DNA of 64,000 nucleotides from Ophelia neglecta. Taxonomy: Eukaryota. The notes beneath the pieces were generated by a model. It saw nothing but the letters and a program-made list of their open reading frames with translations, did not search any database and was not told the origin of the DNA. The stretch covers positions 24,986,001-25,050,000 of the forward strand of contig OZ260667.1 of assembly GCA_965285935.1 (NCBI GenBank), in the 5' to 3' direction. Position numbers and translations under genes: made by a program. Positions within the stretch are counted from its first letter, which is position 1, and the number at the start of each line of letters is the position of its first letter. Positions 1 to 13,836 of this stretch are shown here, piece after piece.

Positions 1-399
1 GTATTACCAATTTGTCTGATTAGAGGGATGAGTAATTACGGTATGTTATTATAACAAGTACGCTTCTCGGAATGAATACCCGCTGATGTCATGGTTTTAT
101 ATACTGTTTTTTTTTCAAAGTTTATCCAACGTATTTTATGAAATTATCCAAGCCAGTTGATGTAACGGTTGGACCATTTGGTACCTTAATATGATTTCTG
201 GTGTATCCCGTTATGACAACTCTTAGCACCTCGCTCCATGCAGGCAGTAATCTACCAGAATGATTTCTTATGATATCAGTCGATTACATATGACAATGGC
301 GCTGCTAGTCTGCATAATATTACTTGAAATAACTCATAAAAATAGAAAGAAAAATAGGTAAGCTTTCTGCCCGCTACTACTACAAAATAAGGCGCATGC

Positions 400-1525
400 C
401 TTTTAACTCTATAAAGGGTGATTTGCTACAACTATATAGGCACTTTTGGTCAAATATTGATGTAGTTGGGAGTCTAGCGAGCGGTGTAGCGAGTATTCTC
501 GTGTTGATGTTATTCCGTTCCTTGCCACCTGATACCCTTGTCTGCAAGAACCCTGGAGATCCCGTAAGGCGACTGTCCAATGCCGATCGACCGGCAATGA
601 TAGATGTTTTGACAACTTAATTTCCGCCGAGCGTCCATATTTAGACGTCAGGGAGATGTATCTGGCAGCAGAGAATTTTATCTGACACCATATCGCCACA
701 AGCGTCCGTTACAAATGGCGGCTGGTTAACTTCCGGTTGTTGGTATAAGGCAAGTCGTTGTTAGGTCTTGTAGTCAACCGAGTTCAAAGCAGAGCTGTAT
801 AGCATCCTTCAATGACTACAGGTGTTGTTGTTTGACTGTTTTGTTGCCAAGGTTATTGCCACAGATCAATAGATAGTGTCTTATCGAACGACGTTACATC
901 CCATCTTACCGTGTGGTGCGCAATCAGACTTGTCAGAATGATGTCTTGTTGTCCTTGGTCAATGAATTCTGCCACGCGTACAGCTGCCTAATGGCGTTAT
1001 TAAGCCCCTAAAAGACGCCTTTGAAGGAGATATCCATGGCCTTGCTCGAGCCCTAGCTTCAGGAGACTAGGATAGCGGTTTACTCGTCTGCTCCCCTTCC
1101 TTGGTTTCAGTCTTTTTTTTGTCTTCGTTAAACGTGCAGCCCCCTTTGTCCCGTAAGGTTAGGTTTCAGACAGCATTTCTCCAGCCTCATTGTTGGAAAA
1201 AGATTGAATCTCTCCTTTCGTTTAGTATAGGTCCCCGGTGGCGCTGTGGTGCAATATTCGTAATCGAGTTGCGCATGCTCCATCGATATAAACGTTTTCA
1301 CCCTCAAGAAAAGTGTCCATACCATTCGCCACGGATTTGTATTGTCTTGTCTTGTATTGTCTTGTCTTGTCAATAATTGTCTTTTTTGTATTCTATCGTG
1401 GTGTATTTTATTGTTTTGTATTGTTTTGCATTGTATTGGTTTGTTTGCCCTGAGAGGACGCAGGCAAGGTGTTTACACATTTTGAGAAATACGATAAAGA
1501 TTAACAATAAAACACATCTAAAAAA
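400..1525 (+). mobile_element. Degraded 3' end of an L1/Tx1-like non-LTR retrotransposon
   Basis: Stop-interrupted frames give KWRLVNFRLL and LLFDCFVAKVI, resembling the Tx1/L1 C-terminal zinc-knuckle region HLxFxCxxAKxxW. Followed by a (TTGTC/TTGTA)n 3'UTR, AATAAA 1506-1511 and an A-run at 1520-1525. The 5' boundary is uncertain. Confidence 0.4.
1337..1445 (+). repeat. (TTGTC/TTGTA)n pentanucleotide microsatellite
   Basis: ttgtattgtcttgtcttgtattgtcttgtcttgtc, decaying downstream. Confidence 0.8.
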
Positions 1526-4509
1526 GTATTTGGCTGTTGTACTGAAACTTGTCAGTTGGTGTATATAGAGTTGGGTGACTAGACGAGAAGAGTGCGCTTG
1601 TTGTCTTCAGTTCTGTGAGTTTTGGTTGTATAGAGTTGGATTATTTGAGTGGAGTAGGTCGGTTTACATTATTCCCGTGAGGCTACCAGCCCTGTCAAGT
1701 CGTCACTTCCGTGATGTGTTTTGTCTAAGGAGGATAAAAGGTCCACTGAACACATTAAAACTAAAAACTAAACTAGCAGGTCTTGAGACCTCCGCCAGGA
1801 ACGTCACCCCATGACTGATAGTTAATTGTGGGCTTGGCACCGAGCACTAAGAACCATCATGCCGGGGACATTTCTCATCACGAATGCAGGAGCCGTGCGA
1901 AGGTGCTGTCTCTTTCTGCCTTCGAATCATAGTGGCTTTTACACGAGTCATACGCATGCCTTGCTGTGTCCTCTGACTTCAAATCTGTCTTTCTCCCTCT
2001 CGCAAATGTGTTGCTTGAACGGGTTAGATATTTCATCCTTATTGTGGCTTTATTTAGATCAAGGTGATTTGATTTTGTCAGTCATATATCATATGTGCAA
2101 GCACTATTGAGAGGAATATCATAACCAGCTGGGCTGTTCTGTAAGAAGTAAAGAGCAATTCATCTAGATATTCACATTCTTGTTCAACATTATTAAATGG
2201 TAAAATATTGCTCACTCTATCATTAAATCCAAAGAAGCGAAAACTCTCTTTTTCACTCAACAGATAAATCCTAAGTTGAAAAGGCAACATGCCCCGTATT
2301 GTACTGCATATGCAGCTATTTATAGCTACAACATAATTATTATTTAAATTCCACACTTATCCTAATAATTAATTCGATAGTGATGGAAATGTAAGTGGAC
2401 ATTTTGTTGGATTTTCTGCATTCGTGGCCCCACCAACAATCTTCAATCCACCGAGTCTTCAAGGCTCACCCCAACGATGCTTGTGTTTCATTTCGGCAGC
2501 TAATTGAAGTGTTTTCTATTTCTCGGTGAGCATTCGCCTGGTAAAGGGACATACGAGGGCCTAATTGCTGTTGGCAGTTTTCTGAAGGCGTGGGTTTCCT
2601 TCGAGCTGGAGACATGTTTTGTGGCTGCCTGTTATTGGACAAGTTTAAGAGTAGCTCAATTGGTTCAGCGTGTAAGACCCAATCCTCTCCTGGATCTAAA
2701 TTAACACCGCTGTCCATTCTTCATTTAATCCTTCCCGCTTAAAATCTCACGGGGTTCAAAGGAATGGCTTACGAAGTCAGCCAACCATTGCTAACGATTA
2801 TACGACTCGTGGTAATATCTTATTTGGATGCTTACCGCAATCATCCTGGGCAGCCAGTCCGGTGAATCGAGGCAATATGGTTTTACAAGGAACTGTTGTA
2901 GTTTTGACAGTAATTGAGCCGGCTGCCTTGCTCACTTACTAGTTTCAAATTGTCCGCTGTATGTGTGGTAAACTAGAAAACTCCCCAGAAAGTTCTACGA
3001 TGATTTAGGCGGGTAAAATGGAACATTGATAACGCGGACATGCTAAACCAAAAACCTTGATCCGATGACGTCATACTCCTGACCTATTAATCTAAAAAGA
3101 CCAACCTGGCCTTCCAACGATGAGAATTAATGTTAATGTTGATCAGCTGCGATGTCGGGTCAATCAGGTCCCATGATAATAGGCACCCTAACGCCTCGCA
3201 ACAATTCTCATATTCATTATCTCGCCTATATTTACCAACGCCCCCAGGCTTTATCAGTAAAAAATAGCGCCAGCTTATTAGTATAACGTCTTATTTGTGT
3301 ATAAAAGTTTGTTGACTATACTTCTCTTATAGATTCACCAGGAATCGCCAAAAAATTATGCATTGAGCCAATAAATGAACTGGCACTTTCGTCTGAGTGA
3401 AACACATATTCCCTTTTGCCCTCGTGTCATCCAGAAATAGAACTGGCAATACCTTTCGATCGTCGGAATCAATACACACCAGTTACTGTAATACTGTGTT
3501 GGTCCGACACAGAGAGAGGCTTCCAAGACAAGGAAGGCAATAAAGCAAATATAATATTCATTTGTCGCATGTAAATACAAGTCTGTTTTTTCATTCTTCT
3601 ACATATACTGCTCACTATACCGGCTAATTTAACCAGATATTTCCCGGCGTCAATTCTTGGGTACGAGGAGTATTTTAACCGGACAATGCATGAGTATTAT
3701 ATGGCTTAGATTGGGGAACTACACGGTGGACTTAGACGGAGGAAATATAATATTACGCTTTGTAATATGTGACGTTATCCAAATTACATTCTACGTTGTC
3801 CACATTACGTTTTACTTTACCGAATGACCTCAAATCTATTCTGTTACAATATACACCGTCTAGGTCCCCTTACCAAACCGTATATACATTGCGGTCCATC
3901 TATCTCATCATCAGCCCGCTCGTTTATGTTTTTTCCTTTTCCTTTTCGTGAGTAATTACTCGTGTAGCGTAATCAACACACGTACATTCATCATCAACAT
4001 CGGACTACTGGTATCAGTTATAGAGAATAACGATGACATATATAATTGTCTGGTTAAAAGTATTGAGCGTCTGTGAGCTTTAACATGTCTTCTCCGTAGT
4101 CAATCGTCAGCTTTCCTCGATTTTTGTATTTCAATAATCCATAATCATATTGCCCGATTTCGCTAATACCCATTCTACCATATTTCAAACCCGAAATACA
4201 CAATACTACTTACACCTAAGATGAACCCGTTTTGTTAATATTGTGCGCGAAATTCGACTATAGTCTCCACTGGTTGCTGGGGACCCCAAAATGATTGAAT
4301 TCTAGCTGCAATCTATCTAAATTATGATCGCACATTATCTGAATGTCGCACAGCCAGGTATTCATTCCGAGAGCTAAGGAATTGCCAATGCCTTTGTTTT
4401 TAGAAACGAATCGTTAAAACAGGCTATATGTACATGGTCGAGCGATGATGAATAGGCACATGAAATATTGGACTGGTGGAGTGAAGGGGGAGGGAAGGGA
4501 GCGGGAAAG

Positions 4510-4717
4510 CGGCCCCTGGGTGTGTGACATGTGCTCACACTCACACACATGCCCCTGGTTGTATGAAATGATCTCCTGCTCACATCTAGTTCCTCCGACA
4601 GAGAATGTACACTACACATACCCTCCGGGTGGGTGGGGAGTGGAGGTGTCTGTATAATGTGTGCTCACACTCACATCTAAGTCCTCAGACAGAGGATATA
4701 AAGCACACATACCCCCT
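4510..4717. repeat. Imperfect direct repeats
   Basis: tgtgctcacactcaca at 4530 and 4660; ctcacatcta..tcctc.gacagag.at.ta...cacataccc at 4579 and 4670. Confidence 0.7.
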
Positions 4718-6637
4718 ACTTTGGCTGACCCCCAATTTTTTTAGATTCTGCCCTTTATCGCTGTGTTGTATGAACAACTATCAGATAAGTATCCATTTTA
4801 AATGTCCGCCAAACACTATGTCAAACCTTGGTATCTCGATACTGAAAGAAGGCTTCACAATCCGATAAGACACTGGCGTTTTTATTTCCTTTCTGCGGCA
4901 TAGTCGTGATCTAATTTATCATAAGGTATGCGTGGATTTTTTTGAAACAAACAAGGTTGTCATAACTTTTCATCGTTGTATATTATATAACTATCTTTCA
5001 ATAAGTGAACTCATAAGCATACATGTGGATTTTTAGATTCTTTCGCATAAAAAACGGCAGCGTAATTTACAGAGCAATTTAGGTTGGGGAGACGCTGGCT
5101 TGATGGCTCGGTGGCTGTGGGCTTGCCACAGATAACGGCTGTGCTGGCAGACGTACAGACATGACATATTATTATGGGCTGATGACACTCCGGTACTTCT
5201 CTTACAACCAGGCACCAGCCACCTGTAGGCCTGTCCCCAGGAAGTCTTTATATTGATCACCTGACTGTAAGGCAGGACGCCAGTAACAGGTAGCACCGAG
5301 GCTAAAGCAAATGCCTGCAGTCCACGTTATTTCTGTCCTGTCTTTGAAAGTGCCATTTTTCGTTATTCGTAAAAAATATGCCTTACTTTTACTCGCAGTT
5401 TAATTTTGAAAGAGTCAAAAATGGCGACGGTTGAACGACAGAGAGAGGCAAAGCAAGAGATAGAGTGACTGGTTTCTCCTCAGTGTCCATTTAACAACAA
5501 TAGGCTCAGAATTTTTTTTATTCTGTGATTGAATTATCAAAGGCATAAACACACGTATTACAGCCGCGGAATTCCTGTAATATGACTTCGTTAGATAGAT
5601 ATAAGACATTAAATTAATGAAAAAAGAACCATTCTTTTTTGGAAAATCTAAAATTATACGAGCAGAACACCCATCCAAGCACTACCTGTATTCTTCTCCT
5701 TCTTTCCAACAAAAGGGACAATACCTCAGCTTCACGGAAATGTGACAGCCTGTCAGATTTCTTGTTTAGTTATCGATATTCCAGTTAACACAGGAAGTCA
5801 GTTATTATATTTGGCAGAATTGTCTAGCTCACACTATAAGACACTGGGGAGAAGTCTGTCTGATAGGAACAAGTATTACAGCTGCTTTGAACAAGATGTG
5901 CAAGAACGGAAACTGGCAACAGAGAACTCACTATAGTGTCCAGAACAGGTCTTTATTTTTTGCCACCAGAACCCCAAATCCCCAGAGTCCTTCTTTGAAA
6001 AGATAACGATGTATATTTGTATTATGTCCTAAATGTATCTCATTTAAAAGCAATGAGAGACACTTATCCAGAAGTAATCCAACATTTCCGCATGGATCGG
6101 AGGGGCACACAAACAATATGTAAGAACAAATCATGTACATATGCAAACTATAGCTCCTCTAAAGTTTAACTGTGATTGCGTGATTTACTTTACTTTATTA
6201 TCAAGATCGACAGCGAGGCGCTTTGACACTTTGACTGATGTGCCAAGCTCATTTCTCAGTCTGATGAAATATCAATTATCCTCGCAAGTGAACATTTATT
6301 AGAAACATATTACGCCTTCCCTTGCAAGTTTGTAAATCATAATATTAGTTAAGATAATGGCTACGGTGTTTAATTTTTTGGTAAGTTAAGCATTAGACAG
6401 CTTGGGTAGAGTCTCGGCACTGCTAAATAACAACAACTGCTGGGTGTGATGAGGGAAGCCATAGTTGTGTTTGTAATCTTGACAGAGAAGCCTCACACTA
6501 CAGCCAGATGACAGACGGCTAATGACTAACAACGTACAAACGCTCGTATGACGACAATTGGTGCGTGAATCCAAACTGTATTAATTCTAATCCGAATAGA
6601 CAACTGCTGTGGCGCTGATGTCCTGAAACACACACAT

Positions 6638-6660
6638 TATATATATATATATATATATAT
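6638..6660. repeat. (TA)n microsatellite
   Basis: Directly visible. Confidence 0.9.
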
Positions 6661-9600
6661 GTTACAATTACTCGGATTGGATGTTGGACATAATTTTATC
6701 TTATTAAGCTAGGCTAACTTCGAGAGTGATTATTCTCGTATATCGTACTGAGATGCATGCTGTGATAGGTTTTTCTGACCAATGAGGTTCTCCTTAGAAC
6801 CTGTGTTTGCCGTTGCCTTGAGAGGTATGAACGAGCGGTTGATCGGAGTTATACTGACCGTGCGTTGGCGGTAACCTGCTCAAGTTTTGCCAGCAACTCA
6901 TAGTCGCCGGAAATTGCGTTACTTTAGAGACAATAGGCGTCAGCCAATCGCATTTAACGTGAGCAGCAAGCACCCTTGGAAACCAAATTCAATAAATATC
7001 AGGTTACCAATGCTTTCCTCACTGTCGTCTGATATTTGGCAGCCATCTTGACTTTTACAGCGATCCAATGCCTGGCAGTTGTTAATTCAATTATTCTCAT
7101 CCTCTGTGTGCGGTGAACAAGATAGCCAGGACAGGCAACAGGCACTTTCCGGGGAAAGCCATTCAATGTTGTAAAAGTTTTTTAAGAAATGTTGCAAATA
7201 TATATCCACAAAGATGGGCACATCAAGTGTTCATTTGTACTAGGGTATCTGCAAAATGGTGTATGCCGAAGTATTTAGGCTAGGAGTTAAATAGGACCGC
7301 GAATTCTATGTTATAGACAGGCCGTTGGTGACATAAAGGTTTTTACATGTGAACAGACTATGGAGTGGTTCGACATTGAAGCTGTTGTTTGTATATTTTT
7401 GGACACCATATATGACGATAGTATATGACAATAACATTTGATAAGTTAGCTAGTCATATATATCAATAACAGGAACAAACACTTTTGCAAAACAGTTTGT
7501 GATAAAAATGGGTAAATATAGAGCTTTAAATGGCATTGAGTTTGACATACGTTTTATTGGAAGTCTTTTTCTGACGCACAGGAACGCTCTGCCGAAACTG
7601 GCTGTTGAGCAGGGGTTTTTTTCTTGCTTAATCGTTTGGTGTAAATAGACTTTACATGATATCAGCCTGAAAAATCATTCCCGCGCGTCAGCACCATGAC
7701 TTGCGATGAAATGTATGCCAAAGTGATCACTATTTCAAGTTCTATCTAATCGTATATAATTCAATCACAAACTTTTTAGGGAATGTGCTGAAATATCGAC
7801 CACAACAGCTTGTTATAGTAGGGTCAGTCGACTGCCGGTGTGGTGATAAATGCGAAGGACGGGAAAGACTCCGTTCGCTTTGATCCACCTATACCAACGT
7901 ATAAACCACAAAGAAAATATTACGAGCATAATAATTAATAAAAACCGTCACAGTATAATCAGAATTTGAAATTCAATTGATCAACATTCTGCAGCAAGCA
8001 ATCTAGGGAGCGTGCAATCTTTATTTTCTTCAAACAATATACACATATTTATGATTGGTCGTACACATTATTATGTCTTATCTAGGCCACAAAGGGCGGA
8101 CCTGATCCAGTGCTGAGACTAAGAATCCATTCCTCCTCCCAGTCTCGAGACGCCCGAGCCTTATTCTGGCCATATTGCTCTACCCCTATATTTGTGACAC
8201 TCATATCCTCTGTGTGTGTTTGCCTCTTGGTCGTAATCTCCTGAATAGGTCCCCAGTAGTGTCGTCTGGGCGTTTCATAACCGATTGAAAGATCCCACAG
8301 AATACATGTTTACGACCCCAGACCAATAACTTGATCTACAAGCTATTGTTTTTTATTAATTCTAAGCGTTTTGAATTTTAAATTTTCCAGAAGCTTTCAC
8401 ATAGATTAGGTAAATGTATTTAACGCTGGTGAGTCAGGGCACTTGATGGTGGAAATTTTATTAGGCGTTTGTTGTAAAATGCTCCTCAAAGTCCGGCTTA
8501 GTTGACCTTGACATTGGGTGTAAAGTTGTGGAGCCATGTACGTCTTCCAAGCCTGAGAGGCAGAGGCAGGCGAGCAAGGAATGTCCGTGTAACAACCGGA
8601 TCTTTATAACCAGCACTGCTGCTCTTGATTTTGACGCATGTGCCTTTGTTACGTAAAAAAGCGACTCATTTATTTCACACCCAGCTATTGTTATCCGCTT
8701 GGAAGCACGCATGATGTTTTTTACGTGGTAGCTATAGTGTGCGCATGCCTAAATCCACATGGAACTTACAATATTCAATCCAATATCATTTTTCAAAAGA
8801 ACTTCAAATAGGGCCTAGTATAGTTTTTTATCTGCTGAAGTAGCGCCTGGTCTGGTTCGAGCTATGTTGTGTCTCAATAGAATTGATGCCCAGGTGCACA
8901 AGACGGGGGATGGCCTCCTCCGGGACTAGTCAAACATCCTTCCAAGCTGTAAGTCTATTCGTCCGTGCAGTTTACGCCGCCTAGCCAGAAAACTTTTCAG
9001 AGCTTACGCTTAAAATCCTTTCAGACACTCATCTAGTAACTTAGGTCTTTCAATGGACAATTATTCTCCAGTAAGATTAATCATAATTTTCCTCTGTAGA
9101 TCATGTGTGCAGATGAAGTAAATAGTGATTGGTCGTCTTTTTTGGTGCGATCAACAAATGTGTTCTCGTAAATAATACTTCTCGGAGTTTATATACCCTC
9201 TGGGGTCTTCAGGAACTCTTTATATAAGCGATAGGTAGACATGGCTTTGAGATATTTACCGAAATATGTATAGACCTAGCAACCTGCCTGGAGTACTGAG
9301 ACTTGTTTTAGTATGTAAATTGGTAATATATATCATATATATATAAACAGAGACAGAGGCAGACAGGGACACAGAGATGTTAAAATAGGGTTAAAATAGA
9401 TGTTTGAAACAGGAAAGTCAGGGTTTTGGTCGCCGTATAAACATATTTATATATATATAGGCTTATTAACAAAACAGCTTAGCATTCGCTGGCGCTATTA
9501 AGCCAATGTCTGAAGCCTTTTTTTTTGGCTAATTTATGACTTTAGTTCGCTCGAAGGGCCAATAAAAAGGCTGTGTTGGCCGATCATGTTCTCCTAGGAA

Positions 9601-9751
9601 TAGCGTAGCATGGGAAGTTAATTGGCAGTTATAAACAGAAAAAGAGGTCCGTTTGTGCAAACAAATAAAAAAAAGGTTTAAGATTTATTTAAACATTTTG
9701 AAGGCCCAAATCAGTTAACTAGGGTTCTGTGTGTGAGAATGTGGGAGTGTT

Positions 9752-9779
9752 TGTGTGTGTGTGTGTGGGGGGGGGGGGG
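9752..9779. repeat. (TG)n plus poly-G
   Basis: Directly visible. Confidence 0.9.
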
Positions 9780-10438
9780 CAGCAGGGTGCACGTGGGTGT
9801 TGGGATGGGGGCCGGACGGTAAGGGAGGAGGGTTCAAAGTCCCCGCTTTGGATTAATTTGGTCTAATATGAACGTAGGATGCACATTTATTCATTTTTTT
9901 TAAAATTGGAACAATGACATTTCAAAATAGGATATTGAGAGATGATTTAGTTGTGTGTCCAAGCAGAGCTGTTCAGCACGTGTTTTGAAACAAAGCAGTC
10001 AAAACAAAGCAGTGTGTGTGTGGGTGCGTGTGGGTGAAGAATTCTCAAGGTGGCGTGTCATTTCAGATGGTGCACAGCAAACTTTAAACTTCATTTAAGT
10101 GCATTAAGTTGTTTAGAAATTAAGAGACCCATTATTCGGAATCTGTGCTTAGTTTTCCCAATAATTCGTGCCTTAAGCCTTTAAAATGCAATGTCAAGTT
10201 TTGTTTGCCAAAAAACATAGTTTACAGTATTTGACATTGTTATGTATCTTGTCCCTGAACAGAATGATAGTCAAGGGAGCTGATACTTGATAAAATGTCA
10301 AGGATAAATGTCGAATGTCAGATACCCCCGCCCGTCCCCTGTCGGTTACTTAATTGATAATTATGATGTGGTGCATGCCCGCCTTAACACACTTTGTGAC
10401 TTAATTCTGATCTTGTGTTATATTTTTTCCTTTTTCAG

Positions 10439-11250
10439 GCTATGGACACAGCACGCCCAAAACCGTGGGCGGTAAAATATTCTGTATGTTTTACGCACTG
10501 GCCGGCATTCCACTCAATCTGGTGATGTTCCAGAGCATTGGCGAGCGCCTCAACATCTTTGTCACCTTCGTCCTAAAAAATGTGAAGAAATGTTTCAAGT
10601 TCAAAAACCCGGAAGTTTCACAAACCAATCTCATCATGATATGCATGAACATGAGTACCATAGTGTTAGCAGGAGGCGCTTGGGCCTTCTGCTATTACGA
10701 GAAGTGGAACTATCTTGATTCATTTTATTATTGTTTTATCACACTGACTACCATAGGCTTCGGCGATTTTGTAGCGCTACAGAAGAATCAGGTACTGCAG
10801 AGGAAGCCGGAGTATGTGGCGTTCAGTCTGATCTTCATCCTGTTTGGGCTGACCGTGATCTCGGCCGCCATGAACCTGCTGGTGTTGCGCTTCCTCACCA
10901 TGAACACTGAGGATGAACGCAAAGATGAGTTGGAGGCTGCCGCCGCCTCGCGCTCTGCCGTCCGACTGGAGGGTGACGTCATCACAGCCAACGGTAGTAT
11001 CATCTCAGGTCAACAGGAAAACCCCGAGTACAGTGACCTCACTTCCGTCTGCAGTTGCACCTGCTACAACTTCCGGGCCCGCGGTAAACATCGGTACACG
11101 GTGACGCGTAGCCCCGGTAAGATATCCCATCTCCTGCCCATGCACCCTATGACGCCTACGAACGTTCGCGAAGACGTGTACAGCTACGCCGAGGACACGA
11201 ACAACTTTTTACAATATGAAATGCTTCGACAGAAGCGCAACTCTATATGA
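10439..11250 (+). CDS. KCNK9: Terminal coding exon of a TASK-subfamily two-pore-domain K+ channel (KCNK3/KCNK9/KCNK15-like); 5' exon(s) outside window
   Basis: Polypyrimidine tract plus AG acceptor at 10437-10438 opens in phase 1 into (G)GC TAT GGA CAC = G-Y-G-H, the usual intron position in the TASK P1 filter. Translation continues through M2 (GIPLNLVMFQSIGERLN), M3, P2 (YYCFITLTTIGFGDFVALQ) and M4, then VLRFLT, EDE, SVCSCTCY and C-terminal KRNSI-stop. The GTG start in the ORF track is internal. The symbol is the closest vertebrate co-orthologue, not proven 1:1. Confidence 0.96.
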
Positions 11251-13836
11251 AACGAATTCTTACTTAGGCCTATGCTAGTATGAATTTGAAATCATAGTAT
11301 TAAATTTGAAAGTTGTTTAGAGATGTTTGCTGCACATCGTTTGTGTTGCAGGCTGCTATTGAATGGGCGTCTCTGCCGGGTTCGGCGTACATCAATACCT
11401 GATTGGTAAAGCTAGCGGGGCGATGTCACTGTCGGTCTTACCATCACTGGGGCGTTTTCCTTGGCTACGATATACAACCGTTTGCAGTGGCAGCGACACG
11501 TCGTGCAGTGTATCCCTCCGCCACAACCATGTCATGACAGCCAAAAGAAACACAGGGCACACAGGGGTATACTCCGCTCCGCAGACGATACTGTACATCT
11601 CAGTATTTAAGCAAGTGATTCAGTTGCAGAAAGCGAGGCGCTTGACAAACTATTTCGTGTTATACCTTAGGTGAATTGTGTTACCGCACTTATAACACAT
11701 GATGTCCTTCATCGGTCATCGCGGGAACGGGTGTAATTTGTTTTAACCGGAAGTGTTCTTATTTTACCTCCATGATAGATCTCCGGCTCTGCAATGTCAC
11801 TTCCCATTTTTACAGAATAAAACGTACATAGACGATGACGACTGGCAGTCCTCGTTGATTGGTCACCTAGCCAACATCCGGATACTCCAAGTAATCGTAG
11901 GGAGGGATATTGTGTGATTTACATGCACATGTCCGTCAACAGTTGTTTTTGCTCAATCTCTCCAGAGATGTTTTATACGTGTTCATAGGCTATGATGTGT
12001 ATACGACCGTTAGATTATGATAATAACGTTACCTCCGAACCACCCAATTGGCTCGCCTTAGTCACGTGGTTCTTCCACGAGACATTTCTTGTGTTTGTGT
12101 TAATGATTAAAAGACTGTTTGGTGTAACAGTCTTAACTATTTTGCACATTTTTTTATTGTGAATTCTTCTTCGAGCAATGTGCTCTAAAGAAACGTGTTG
12201 TAAAAATAGTCAAAGAGATGCGTCCGGTTTTTCAACGAAAACAGTTAAAATCTCAGCAGGCACAAAGGTTGATATGATTTTTTATTGGTGCCCTTTTTTG
12301 ATGGCAAAAAAATTTCCTAAAGAGCTGTAGTTCAAAATATACTTGTTTTTTTCTTCTGAATTTCATTGATATTGAGACACACGTGGTAGCATCAATTTTG
12401 CACATGCGCCGTGTTTTAAAATGTTGTACCGCTTGGACCGACTTACTTTCATATTGAAAGTACAGACTCACCACCCCAATGGATGAAACTGCGGTTTGAG
12501 CTGAAATACACCTGCAAGGATACGCATTCCTTTGTAGACTTTGCACGAAATCATAGCCTTGCATTGAGAGGAACATTTGAATGGTGTGGGGTAGAAATAT
12601 ACTAATGTGTCCACGAGTGAATGCGTTATTATGGCTTGACTGTTTTCACAACTTATTAATTATTTGCATATTTTCTGTGATCATAATGGAGAGCTATTCT
12701 AATCGAGCGTCGCTCAGGAAACTTATCCACTTTTGGCAGTAGTATAGAAAACTAAAAGTATGCTCCCAATTACATTATTCGTGAGTCAGTTGAACCGAAC
12801 TAAGTGAAGAGGTTGAAATTCTTTTATTTCCTATTGCCGCTCCATTATTTATTCAAATTTCGTCTTATTGTAGTCTTCCCTCTTTCCCAATTTGTATTTT
12901 TCTTCGTATCATCTTGCACATCACGGAAGCCAAAGCTATTTTGAAGAAACAACAACTTTAAATAAAACAGCCAACAACTATTTGCGACTTTTACAAAACC
13001 CGTTAGCTTCAAATTCTTATGTTATTCTTTAAATTTTAATTTTCATTTGTGGGAAAATGGCAACAATACACAAAGAGAGTAATTATGTTAAAGTGCCTAC
13101 ATCGATTTCCTAGTCATTGTCTCGGTAAACCTTCCGTGTTTTTGTCGAAAATGAATTTAAGGTGGCGCATTCGTGGTACATATGAAGAATCATATCCAGT
13201 GTATTATAATCGTGAGTGTTTTTAAAACTAGACAAACAGACGAAAGATGTTAAGTAGCTTTCTGACACTTCTGCAGTTACGACTAGTCAGCTTAGTTTTT
13301 GTAATGTGCTCTTTAAACTGTGTGAACAAGTATAGCCTAATTTCACGTTAGTGTGATGGTGCACAGAAATGAACGTCCTGCTTGTTTGAGGGATGACTTC
13401 CTGTCATATGTGTGGTTTGATAAGTCTAGCAGATTTTTTAACAAGCACAGTATTTATCTAAAATTGAATGTTTCTATTAAATCTTTAGCAGCATTATGTT
13501 TTAAAATGTCGTTTTTATTTGTTTTGTCGCCCCTTCTCTTTGTATCTTTCCATCTATTCTAAAATTTGTCTGCCGGCGGAGTTGGTTGTGCTACATTTCA
13601 ACTAACAAACAAATGTCTATTGACTCTTTTTGTAAATTTAATGCTCTTACTCTCGCACTCTGTGCTTGGGTAATACATTTGTGTTGTCTTCGGGTACTTT
13701 CTTTGACCTTGGCATTTGAGTTGATAGGAATCCTTCTCGCTGAGCGCATTGACCTCCTTCTTGATGTGCAAACTGGGCGTTAAGCTAGCGTCCCACGATC
13801 ACGTGATACCAATGGTTAGTTTTAAATTTAATTCGC

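Noticed and set aside
2651-2700. tRNA-like GTAGCTCAATTGGTTCAGCG
   Set aside because: Only a D-arm/A-box-like piece; no T-arm (GTTCRA) or acceptor stem.
5100-5310. Possible SINE body
   Set aside because: GC-rich and SINE-like in feel, but no A/B boxes, tail, TSD or second copy could be established.
7688-7706. RE1/REST-like TCAGCACCATG in the channel intron
   Set aside because: The right half-site (GGACAG) is missing.
1-10438. First exon of the TASK channel (M1, cap, P1 TTIG)
   Set aside because: No MKRQNVRTL-like or FxGAFYF..TTI-like coding stretch found; it must lie upstream of the window.
10788-11104. ORFs 10788-11003(-) and 10913-11104(+)
   Set aside because: Shadow frames of the K2P exon.
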